DNA of 64,000 bases, taken from the NCBI GenBank assembly GCA_963705505.1, contig CAVPJU010000006.1:288001-352000 (forward strand), read 5' to 3'. This document shows positions 21,481-30,875 of this stretch, one piece after another (within the stretch, counting starts at the first letter, position 1; the number at the start of each line of letters is the position of its first letter). The translations under genes were made by a program, and so were the position numbers. The notes under the pieces were generated by a model. It searched no databases. It saw only the letters and a program-made list of their open reading frames with translations, and was not told the origin of the DNA. The DNA comes from an uncultured bacterium. GTDB taxonomy: Bacteria > Desulfobacterota_D > UBA1144 > Nemesobacterales > UBA2774.

Positions 21481-22140
21481 ATTAATATTCTGCGCTGGAA
21501 ATATGTACAGTCTCTATAGTTCTGTTTAATCTCCAAAGCTGAGCTTATTAGGTGCGATTTCCGTTACTCACGTATCGACTCCTCCGAGTGGAAAATCAAT
21601 AGATACATACTTGAAGATTAATATAGTATCGATTCTTTCACAACGGGCTGTTTGATAGTATCGAGATAAAATTCAAGCTATGTACAAAGACAGGCTTAAT
21701 AAGAGGTATAATGTTGACGAGGCTTGAGTATAGAATGTATAGGCTGGAGGTAGGGTAGGGTTCAAGACTCAAATGACCTAAAAATGCTCTATCAGCTTAT
21801 CCTTCCACTTTCAACCGGTCGAAACTTTTTTAAGAAAGCTCTGCACTGTGACAGCGTCCGTCTTTCGTCCGAAGTTCATAAATATCCATAAGGCTTGCTG
21901 AAGTCCGGCCTAGCCTTTCATTATCCAAGCGAAAGACCTGAGACCCATTCATTTACTCTAATAAGGTGTGTCACTATCCATGATGAAACATAAGGATACA
22001 ATGTCGTGAAAATGCCTGGCTGGCAATTTGGCTATGCGGTTATCTGCTGCGTATAAAATAAGAAATAAACAGACATGACGACTGTTACGTTTAGCCTGAA
22101 TTTGTATTAATAGGAATTGAAATCGACTCCAACCGTCTCT

Positions 22141-22180
22141 AAGCCTGAGGCCGGGGGTTCGAGTCCCCCATCGCCCGCCA
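22141..22180 (+). repeat. Duplicated 3' half of tRNA-Arg (attR)
   Basis: AAGCCTGAGGCCGGGGGTTCGAGTCCCCCATCGCCCGCCA, an exact 40-bp copy. Confidence 0.95.
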
Positions 22181-22433
22181 CCACTTTAATCAATACTCAG
22201 GGTTTGTTAAATCCGCTCACTTTCTTAAGCAGGATGGTCAAAATTTAAGTTAGTGTCCAAAAGTGTCCATAACCTCCCTACATTATAGACAATAATCCAT
22301 AATTGTTTTGCCAAGAATGCTATATATACCTGCAATACAATAGAACGTGGGATATTGCACCTCCTATTAAATAGACATGCTTGCATCCAAATGCCGACTT
22401 CGTGTGTCTAACTAATTTATCAGGAGAAGAAGA

Positions 22434-22868
22434 TTGAAAACGTTAATCTCTTTTATATTTATAATGCTCGTGACGACGTCTTTCTCGATTGCCCAAAGCA
22501 ATAAGGAGACGGAGTCAAGGCTTTTGGCAAAAGCTGAAACAGGGATTTCTACCGACAGGGATATCATTAAGGACGGCGATGTGTCTAAAAGGAATTTTGA
22601 AAATCCTGCAAACAAGAATGCTGAAATAAATTCCCCGTCTGCTTCCGGCTCAGATGAGCCCGGCCCTACGTCCACGGAGCTCAACGCAGGCTCGAGTGAT
22701 ATTTCGTTATTAGTCAAAAATGAACTGAAAGCGGAACAAAATCTTGATCTGACATACGAATCACCTTCACTGAAGGCTGAAGACCTTCCTCTGGTTATGT
22801 CAAGCGCAGATAAGAAAACTATAAGCGTCGTGATGCCGCCATTCCTGTATTTCAAGAAACAGTTCTAG
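22434..22868 (+). CDS. Secreted hypothetical protein
   Basis: AGGAG before a TTG start, signal peptide, low-complexity body. Confidence 0.6.
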   Translation: MKTLISFIFIMLVTTSFSIAQSNKETESRLLAKAETGISTDRDIIKDGDVSKRNFENPANKNAEINSPSASGSDEPGPTSTELNAGSSDISLLVKNELKAEQNLDLTYESPSLKAEDLPLVMSSADKKTISVVMPPFLYFKKQF

Positions 22869-22969
22869 CAGCGAAGGTTATTCCGGCTGATAGTAGCTGC
22901 ACTCCGTAGTTCTTCATGTCATGGTTTTATTCGATGCTTCAATAAGCTAATATTAATAGACTTGCAGCC

Positions 22970-23440
22970 ATGTCTCGCCGATTCGTAGTACATGAGCATC
23001 ATTCGTCTCATTTACATTTCGACTTTCGTTTGGAAATGGGCGGAGTGCTCCGCTCATGGGCGATACCGAAAGGTCCCTCCATGGTTCCGGGTGAAAAAAG
23101 ACTGGCAATCGAAGTGGAAGACCATCCGCTCGAATATATCGATTTCGAGGGCATTATCCCGAGAGGCATGTACGGCGCAGGAGCAGTCGTAATTTGGGAC
23201 GAGGGGACATACGAATTGATAGCGAATGAAAGAGACAAGATAGAAATTATCATTAACGGAAAGAAACTACGCGGGGAATTCGATCTTGTGCGATTTAAAG
23301 GCAAGGGCAGGGAAAACCAGTGGCTGCTTATCAAACATAAGGATAGATATGCATCCCCTGACTGGAAGCTGGAAACGTGCTTGACCCAGGCTAAGATGTC
23401 CAATTTGAAAGAGCGTATTCCGCCCTGTGCTTTTAGTTAA
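22970..23440 (+). CDS. Stand-alone LigD 3'-phosphoesterase domain protein
   Basis: HLHFDFRLE, SWAIPKGPS, KRLAIEVEDHPLEY, YGAGAVVIWDEG. Confidence 0.92.
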   Translation: MSRRFVVHEHHSSHLHFDFRLEMGGVLRSWAIPKGPSMVPGEKRLAIEVEDHPLEYIDFEGIIPRGMYGAGAVVIWDEGTYELIANERDKIEIIINGKKLRGEFDLVRFKGKGRENQWLLIKHKDRYASPDWKLETCLTQAKMSNLKERIPPCAFS

Positions 23441-23489
23441 ATAGCAAAACCGAAGAGTACAAGCGCCCGGGTCGTTTTGACAGAAGTTC

Positions 23490-23915
23490 TCAGCTTTCGA
23501 GCACCGCGTCCATCGTGATATCGGCGTTGAGCACCCTGGAAACGGGACATCCTTTTTTCGCGTTATTCGCGGCTTTCTCGAACGTCTCTTTATCCGCTCC
23601 CGGCACCTTCGCCTTTACGTCCAGATGAACGGCTGTAATCGTAAACCCTGCATCCGTTTTTTCGAGCGAGACGGCAGCCGTCGTCCTGATACTTTCCGCC
23701 GTCAGGTTCAGCTTTCCCAATTCAGAGGAAAACGCCATCGAGAAGCAGCCCGCGTGAGCCGCCGCGATCAGCTCTTCGGGGTTCGTGCCCTTTCCGTCTT
23801 CAAAACGTGTCTTGAATGAATACTGGGTATCGGACAGGACTCCGCTCTCGGTCGAGATCGAACCTTTCCCGCTTTTTAAATCTCCTTTCCAAACCGCTGA
23901 AGCATTTCGTTTCAT
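23490..23915 (-). CDS. osmC: OsmC family peroxiredoxin
   Basis: [19 protein letters not shown] and AKKGCPVS. Confidence 0.95.
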   Translation of the reverse strand: MKRNASAVWKGDLKSGKGSISTESGVLSDTQYSFKTRFEDGKGTNPEELIAAAHAGCFSMAFSSELGKLNLTAESIRTTAAVSLEKTDAGFTITAVHLDVKAKVPGADKETFEKAANNAKKGCPVSRVLNADITMDAVLES

Positions 23916-24120
23916 TGTTCCTCCTATTTTCAGAGTGTTTTATCAGGAAGCTGTGCAAGATTGTAATTCTAGCTTACCAGTTGACGATCGAGAATCCCAC
24001 CCCGGGGCGCGATCCCTGGTTATCCATTGCGGTCCCGGCGATGGGGTATCAGCTGGCTAAAGTAAAATGGGCAACAATCGCGCCATGAAAGCTTTACAAT
24101 CGAAGCCATACGCGTAATCT

Positions 24121-24889
24121 ATGGGTGAGCGCTCACTCAATCTATGCACGGGATTTAAATTGAAACGGATAATCACGAACGGCGACCAAAATTTCTCGAT
24201 ATTCGATTCCGCCTATAGGCCGTTTTTTATACTGGCGACGGTGTCATCGTTGTTTTATATGACCTTATGGACGGCTTTCTATACCTTCAAGCTCAGGCTG
24301 AATTTTGAAAATATATCCCCGACTATGTGGCATGCGCACGAGATGCTGTTCGGTTACGCAATCGTAGTAATAGCAGGTTTTTTGTTAACGATTGAGAAGT
24401 ACAGGTTCGGGACCTGATAAGCAAAAAATCCGCGCTCATTATATTGATAATTCTTTGGATACTCGCAAGGGTGTCTATCTCGGCGGGCCGAATGGATGTA
24501 CACCCATATTGATCAGAACGGTCGCTTATGCCTGGATCGCGGTCGGGTTCGGCCTCAAGTTCTTGTCCCTTTATTTCAACATCCCGGAGCTGCCGGCGCT
24601 CCACAGCTTCACGTACGGCGGGATCGGTATCATGACGGTCGGATTCATGTCCCGCGTGACTCTGGGGCATACCGGCAGGAACGTATTCGCGCCGCCGAAG
24701 ATAGTGTTCTGGATTTTTGCCGTTTTACTCGCGGGAGCTATCGTAAGAGTATTCTTCCCGTTAATAGACAGCGGCAATTACCCGCTCTGGATCGCTATAT
24801 CACAAATATTATGGATTGTATCGTTCCTTATTTTTGCGATCGTATTCCTGCCGATGTTATGGAAACCCTCTGTAGAGAAAAGGGCATGA
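24121..24889 (+). pseudogene. nnrS: NnrS family membrane protein, frameshifted and internally deleted
   Basis: RPFF and WHAHEMLFGY...AGFLLT in one frame, LIILWILAR in a second, and MSRVTLGHTGR in a third; too short for a full NnrS. Confidence 0.85.
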
Positions 24890-24948
24890 GCATCTTATGA
24901 CTGTGGAAAGTAAAGACGCAGGCTCTTCTCCGTCGTCGGTCTGAAGAG

Positions 24949-25898
24949 TTACGGAAGCTTATCACGCTCGAGCGCCTGACGGTCCCACTTTGCGAGATTC
25001 GCAGCCGCCTCATAGGTGCTCTGGAGGAAATCGAGGAGCATAGCGTCAGGCCGACCGGCCTTTCTGACTTCGTCGTACGGAAGGAGGAACTCTCCGAGAT
25101 CGGTGTTGTAGAATAGCGCCTGACGGCTTCACAGGGGCGTCCTTAAACCCCTCGGGCGCGGGGTATGCATAGGCGTAGAACACCGGATAGGGCACAGGGC
25201 CGCCGCCCGGCCAGAACCCGCAGCTGCTCACCTCGTGAGAGTAGGCTTCCCGCGCGACGACGTCGGGAAGGTGCGGCACGCCGCCCGGATGCGGAGGAGC
25301 GGTCCGCCCGGAAAACCGCGTCACTGCCATGTCGAAGCTACCCCAGAAGAAATGCACCGGGCTGCACTTGCCGATGAACCGCGCGCGGAACTCCTTGAAC
25401 ACGCGGTCTGTCTGGACGAGGATACGCCAGAAACGGTTGGCGTAGTCAGGGTCGTAAGAAGCGTGCTGCTCGTCTTTCTCGAACGGAACAGGGTCGGCGA
25501 CCTCATTCGGAAGTGTGTGGATGTGAATGTCCAGACCGAGCTCCCGGAGTTTAGCCATGACCTCCCTGTAGAAATCCGCGACCGAGCGCGGACTTGAGGT
25601 CGATAAGCCGAACATCACCATCGCTCGTCTCGATCACAAGCTTATGGTCTATAAAATCGAAATCGATCTGGAAGGTCCTTTCACCGTAAGGAATGGGGGA
25701 AGTCGTTAACCCCCGGCAGGTGACATACAGTGTCACGTGCCATGAATGGTTGATCCAGGGGGTCAGAGCGAACCTGACCTTGCCTACGATCTGAGTCCAC
25801 ATGTGGAGGGTCGCATATGTGTCCTTCCACTCCTCAAGCGGCAGACTCGGCCATGCTTCCCTTTTGTCGCTGCTCTTTGAACGGTCCGAAGACGACAT
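24949..25898 (-). pseudogene. DUF5996 family protein with two +1 frameshifts (real or assembly error)
   Basis: WKDTYATLHMWTQIVGK, SPVHFFWGSFDMAVTRFSGR, GEFLLPYDEVR...LQSTYEAAA. Extra bases near 25592 and 25114; 950 nt = 316 codons + 2. Confidence 0.8.
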
Positions 25899-26068
25899 GA
25901 TAGACCTCCGTCACTTCCATCGACTTATTGCAGGTACAACTATTCAGTATAGCATAAACACACCATGCTACTCGGATAAATTGATGGATAGTCCGTCGCG
26001 CTTCAGCCCGAGAAGAACATGTATTACGGGTCTGAATATTCCGAAGCGATTCCGAATCGGTGACGGTG

Positions 26069-26503
26069 CTAATCGCCTAACTTCTTAACAGGGGCTTCGA
26101 CTTTGATATCCCCCGCGTTTTCGAACTTAAGATCGAGCTCGATCTTATCCTTATCCGTGACCGGTTCTTTTAAGTCCATCAGCATGACGTGAGTCCCGCC
26201 CGGCTTGAGCTCGACGCTTTTCCCGGCGGGGATAACGAGCGCATCGACCATATTCATATTGGCGACACCCTCATTGTCGATGACGGTCTGATGGATCATG
26301 GTGCTTCCTGAAATGCTGCTCGTAACGCTGAGCAGCTTGTCGTCTGCATTCCCTTCATTCGTAATAGTCATGTAAGCAGCGGCGACCGGCGACGAAGGCG
26401 GGACCTTCCCTATCCATGCATCCTTCACCACGATCTTGCTCTGGCCGAAGGACAATTGAGTCAGCACAAATAAAACCGCGAGCGAAAACAGATACTTTTT
26501 CAT
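26069..26503 (-). CDS. Copper chaperone PCu(A)C
   Basis: Signal peptide; AAYMTI and H..M..ELKPGGTHVMLM copper motif. Confidence 0.92.
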   Translation of the reverse strand: MKKYLFSLAVLFVLTQLSFGQSKIVVKDAWIGKVPPSSPVAAAYMTITNEGNADDKLLSVTSSISGSTMIHQTVIDNEGVANMNMVDALVIPAGKSVELKPGGTHVMLMDLKEPVTDKDKIELDLKFENAGDIKVEAPVKKLGD

Positions 26504-26600
26504 TTTAATCTCCTTTAATCATGTATTTGTCTGTCATTTTCAAAACTTATACATTCAATTTTAAAGCAGTATTCGACATAGCATCCATCCCCTTCGTCTT

Positions 26601-27594
26601 TCATTTCCCGACGCTATGCACGTGCTCATGCCCGGCGTGAGAAAGATGTTTCGCCGGCATATTGTGAAGAAGAAGCGCCGTGCATACCAGAAGCGCTGCG
26701 ATAAGAACCGCCTCCGCCCCGACCTTACGTATGAGCCCGGTAACCGTCGCGCCGTTCTCCTCCCGGGAGCCCGTGGACCGGGTAATTCGCGGAATGCTGA
26801 TGTAGCGGTTCGATGCGGCGAGTATAACGAGCACAGCGAGGAGCATTATCTTAAGTAGAATGATTTTACCGTAAGCGGTCTCCCGGAGGGCGCGGAAACT
26901 CCCTACCTCGGTCCATCCGTTGTATGCGGCGGTTATTACAATAGCGAAGAGCGCAACGCCCGCAAGACCGGAGAACCGGACGGCAATGTCCGCGATATAC
27001 TTACGGCGCTCTCCCGGGAGCCGGAATATCGACGGGAAAACGGCCAGGGAAAGCGTAATGAGACCTCCTCCCCATATTGACGCAGCCATCAGATGAAGCC
27101 AATCCGAAATCTCAGGCAGGCTGAAATCCCCCGCGTCTGCCGCATGCCCCGAAGCGCTGCGGGTGGCCGCTATCACCGCTGCAGCAATAAACATGCAAAT
27201 CGAATACCGGCGTGCGTACAGGTCCCTCCCGCCGACCAGCCACGCTGCGCATAATACAGGCGACGGCGGCTATGCGTATCAGCCACACCCGACCATAATG
27301 GGTTTTGAACAGGACCGTCGGCACAAGAGATAAACCGGCCGCCAAAGGGAGTCCGCTCATCTCGGCTGTACGTGTGAGGAGAAGAACGGAGCTGCTCAAA
27401 ACAAGCATTGCAGCCGTGAGGCCGATCAGCTTCCACACATTAGCCAGGAGCAGCCCCTCGTCCCGCTTGTCCGAGATGCTGCCGGTCACATGCAGTACCC
27501 ATATTCGGCAGGAAAGAGCACCGATGCAGGCGGTCAGGGCCAATAGGTCGAATAATGTCGGGGCGCTGTGTCCGAATTTATCCAGGATCATCAT
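26601..27594 (-). pseudogene. copD: CopD family inner-membrane copper protein with one +1 frameshift near 27251 (real or assembly error)
   Basis: THYGRVWLIR, SGHAAD, DWLHLMAASIWGGGL, TAYGKIILLK and a His-rich tail; 994 nt = 331 codons + 1. Confidence 0.82.
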
Positions 27595-27600
27595 ATCCTC

Positions 27601-27969
27601 TTATTTTACCGTGAACGTATAGCTCCCCTCGGTACGATGACCGTCCCTCGAGACAGCGGTCCAGATAACCCTGTAGATACCCGCGGGAAGCGGAGGCAGG
27701 TCCACCTCAAGCAGCTTCGCATCGGATTTGTCAACGTGCCCTTCTCCCTTATCCACCCTCTGCGAATCGGCATTCTCGACCCGAATCTCGCTGAATTCGT
27801 CCTCTAGCTCACTGTCGAACCAGACGCGGGCCTGCGGCGGCGAAGCGCTTATGGTCGATCCCACCCTGGGGTCCGAATGATCGGGGAATGCATGCCCCCA
27901 GGCCGCCATCGTCTGAGCGCCCGCGTATATGAGACCCAACAGTATAAAGACGTTTAATACTTGCCTCAT
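27601..27969 (-). CDS. copC: Periplasmic copper-binding protein CopC
   Basis: Signal peptide, mature N-terminal HAFP, and SRDGH copper motif. Confidence 0.92.
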   Translation of the reverse strand: MRQVLNVFILLGLIYAGAQTMAAWGHAFPDHSDPRVGSTISASPPQARVWFDSELEDEFSEIRVENADSQRVDKGEGHVDKSDAKLLEVDLPPLPAGIYRVIWTAVSRDGHRTEGSYTFTVK

Positions 27970-27982
27970 AGTTCTTGATCTC

Positions 27983-28883
27983 CTATCTGAAAATAGGCCT
28001 CCCGAGACTATCCGGGAAGAGGTCATCGATGAAGACGTGGAAAAGGGCGAGAACCCCGACCCCGTCGCCTGAGTTGTCGTTGATCGGAATTTGGGCCTCG
28101 ATCCCGAGCTGAATATACTTACCGAACCATATAATACCGGGGTTGACGAAGCCCGTCGGTTTCACCGCCGCTGCCCTGATTCAAAGCCGTTTCAAACGGG
28201 AACTCCACGACAAGAATCATCCTGTTAAGCGGCACCGGGAGTCCAACATCCTTCACGAAAGCCTCAAGATACTGAAAACTGTATTGGATGGTAAACCCGT
28301 ATTCAAATACGTCCGGCTCTTCGCTATCGATTGTGAAGGCAGGGCCGATTACGCCGGTAATAGCAAGCGGCCTCAGGAACCTCAGAGTCTCAGGCAGGTC
28401 TCCGAACCCTTTCCCGAAGAATAAGCCGGGAGCGAGTGTCGTGAAATCATCGGCGTCAACGGAGCTATCCCCGGTGTGGCCGATCTCGGCATCCACGCCA
28501 ATCGACATGATAGCCTCGTGTGGGGCGTTCGTAAGGAACTGGTACTTAAGACCCACGCCGAGGTTCGAAAATCCGTGCTGGGTTTTTTCTCCCTTGGCTT
28601 TTATAAACTCGTACGAATCTCCGACCGCTAAACCGAAGTGCGGCGTAATGCGTTTGGAATACTCGACCGACAGCTCGTAATTCTGTGCGTCCTCCTCGTC
28701 CTTCAGATAACCGAAGAGAAACGAAAACTCGTCCGAGACGAACGGGTCTTCAACTGATAATGTGGTGGGGAAAAAACGCTTGCCAGCATATCCGTGCGAC
28801 CAGGACGACGCCGGCATTGAAACTAAAATCAGAACAAAAGCGATTCCGCATAATAGCTGTAATTTATATTTAATATACAACAT
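27983..28883 (-). pseudogene. copCD-associated putative outer-membrane beta-barrel with one +1 frameshift near 28157 (real or assembly error)
   Basis: Signal peptide, then HGYAGKRFFPTTLSVEDPFVSDE and amphipathic strands; C-terminus in the shifted frame ends DDLFPDSLGRPIFR; 901 nt = 300 codons + 1. Confidence 0.72.
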
Positions 28884-28910
28884 AGGACTCCTCCTCTATG
28901 CAATAGATTG

Positions 28911-28942
28911 CAGCCGCGAAAGAGTCTGGCTTTCCGCAGCTG
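28911..28942 (-). promoter_or_regulatory. Stem-loop between the RSPP leader ORF and the copper operon RBS
   Basis: CAGCTGCGGAAAG pairs with CTTTCGCGGCTG; overlaps a second hairpin TGCAAT-CT-ATTGCA next to the GAGGAGG SD. Confidence 0.55.
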
Positions 28943-28973
28943 AATTCTTTTTATATGAAATGAAAAAGTGAGG

Positions 28974-29360
28974 TTAAGAAATTAAGAAAGGAGGGGAACG
29001 GTTGGTGTTGCTTAAGGTAACTAACTCGTATTTTACTTCCCGCTCATAAATACGCAGGAAATTTATATCGGCATTGTATGAAAAAAGATTATTTCCATTA
29101 AGACCGACCAGCTGATGATTATTATTGGAAATAGCGGTCTGATTCAAACTGAATAAAGATTGTTCTCCGGGGTTGCTGCCCCTGCTGGAAAGGCTCGAAC
29201 TGCTCATGCCCTTCAAAACTATAATCGTCCCCATACAGGGCGTGTTTGTAAACTCAATCTTTCCGGATTCGTCATGGGAAACGGAAAAGAGTATAAAAAA
29301 TAGAGCTATTACGGGAACAAGCAGGTATCTGAGGTGTGAATATTCGATATGAGCAGCCAT
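28974..29360 (-). CDS. Putative secreted leader / translation-arrest peptide (C-terminal RSPP)
   Basis: N-terminal hydrophobic segment, Ser/Asn-rich linker, and NRSPPFLIS* end; TTTACA-18 nt-TAATTT promoter 11 nt upstream. Confidence 0.65.
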   Translation of the reverse strand: MAAHIEYSHLRYLLVPVIALFFILFSVSHDESGKIEFTNTPCMGTIIVLKGMSSSSLSSRGSNPGEQSLFSLNQTAISNNNHQLVGLNGNNLFSYNADINFLRIYEREVKYELVTLSNTNRSPPFLIS

Positions 29361-29596
29361 TAATAAGGTTTAAATTACCATGATTTTGAATGGGTTGTAA
29401 AGGGGGGATGAGACCTCCAAACCCCAACCCGTTTGAATATCTTAGCGAATTACTACCCGCAATCAGTATTTGTTCCTGCCTCATTTCGAATCCCAGTGTT
29501 ATATGATCAAGCGCGGATTTGGAGTAAAGAAGGTTATACATTATTAAGGCAATAACCAGTAATGAATGACAGATATGTGAATTGTTATCTCGCGGA

Positions 29597-30106
29597 TTAG
29601 GTCTTCGGGTGTTTATAGGAAAGGTATAACAATACGAAACCGACGGCGGGAAGTATAATGTCGGTGGGCAGAACCAGCCCCACATTACCGGGCGAGTAAT
29701 TATGCTCAACGATCATTTGATAGATATGCCCGCCCGCGGCGCCCAGTGAGAAAACGGCAGGCGGGATGAAGGCGGCGACCCGAAAGGGTAATCCCGCCCG
29801 GAAAGCCAGCACACCGACGATCCCTATTCCAAGACTCGCAAAACCTACCTCTGCCTGGAAGGGACTCTGCTCCCAGCCGATGAACCGCGCAGCCATATCC
29901 CCGAAAAAAACATGAAAAACAAAATTGACGAGGTTGTTTATGCCTATTGCAAAAAGCATATAATAAGACAGGAGAGCCTCGGCGACCACGTTTGCAGTGC
30001 GGGGCTTCGGTTTATTTCCGAGCGACAGGAATCCCGCGATCAGACCTATGATCAGGAGGGTCAAAAAATAATTCCCGACAACCAGCGTAATAATGTCTCT
30101 AACCAT
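29597..30106 (-). CDS. DUF6790-like membrane protein
   Basis: Multiple TM helices; ARFIGW...SPFQAEVGFASLGIG, GHIYQM...NYSPGN. Confidence 0.75.
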   Translation of the reverse strand: MVRDIITLVVGNYFLTLLIIGLIAGFLSLGNKPKPRTANVVAEALLSYYMLFAIGINNLVNFVFHVFFGDMAARFIGWEQSPFQAEVGFASLGIGIVGVLAFRAGLPFRVAAFIPPAVFSLGAAGGHIYQMIVEHNYSPGNVGLVLPTDIILPAVGFVLLYLSYKHPKT

Positions 30107-30223
30107 TTCGATATTTGCGGCCTGGCAAATATTTAGCCGGATTTGTGTAAGAATACTACTTGCGGTTCACGAAAATATAAAGGCGGGTCCCGTATTCAGC
30201 TGTCCGCGCACATTTTCCCGGGA

Positions 30224-30820
30224 TCATCCAACCTTGCGCCACTCGAGCAGCCGGTTATTCGCCGGCATTTCGTGGTCCTTGACGAGCTTCAAGCCCGTCC
30301 GCTCAGCGAGGGAATTTACCCACTCGAAATCGCGGATGGCGCTTTGGGGATTTTGATTATGCAGCCAGGCGTCGAATTTCTCGTTGCTCTCGCTCGTATA
30401 TTTTCCGTTGTAATTAAAAGGCCCGTATATGCACAGCGTCCCGCCGTGCTTAAGCACAGGCTCCATGCCGTCGAACATGCATTCGATTTTGGACTTAGCC
30501 ATTATATGTAAGGTGTTTGCCGTAAAAATCGCGTCTGCTTCCCCGACAGGCCAAAGGGCGTCAGAAACATTCAGCACGACCGGCTCTTTGATGTTGGGCA
30601 GCTTCGCTTCATCGAACCAGAGCTTCATGCCCGGAATATTTTCCGCTACATCAGAAGGCTGCCAGACCAGGTGGGGAAGATTACGAGCGAAGTGGACGGC
30701 GTGCTGCCCTGTGCCGCTCCCGATTTCCAATACGATAGACGCATCCCGAAACGCATCTCTCAGAATCTTTAGTATTGGCTCTTTATTATTTTCGCAGGAC
30801 TGACTGAAGGGTTTTTCCAT
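30224..30820 (-). CDS. DUF938 family SAM-dependent methyltransferase
   Basis: NKEPIL, LEIGSGTGQH, YGPF, MPANN. Confidence 0.9.
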   Translation of the reverse strand: MEKPFSQSCENNKEPILKILRDAFRDASIVLEIGSGTGQHAVHFARNLPHLVWQPSDVAENIPGMKLWFDEAKLPNIKEPVVLNVSDALWPVGEADAIFTANTLHIMAKSKIECMFDGMEPVLKHGGTLCIYGPFNYNGKYTSESNEKFDAWLHNQNPQSAIRDFEWVNSLAERTGLKLVKDHEMPANNRLLEWRKVG

Positions 30821-30875
30821 CGGAATAAACAAACTGCCGCTTACACGCAAGCATGCGGCTATCAGCTATAAAAAC

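Larger units (their letters stand above)
20332..22180. mobile_element. Decayed tRNA-integrated islet bounded by attL/attR
   Basis: 20332-20371 is identical to 22141-22180. The interior is AT-rich, with no ORF over 93 aa and no recognisable integrase. Confidence 0.75.

Noticed and set aside
22141..22180. Second tRNA-Arg gene
   Set aside because: Only the 3' half is present; the 5' acceptor strand and D arm are missing.
29272..29709. 145-aa minus-strand ORF
   Set aside because: Overlaps two better-supported genes and a promoter; no recognisable features.
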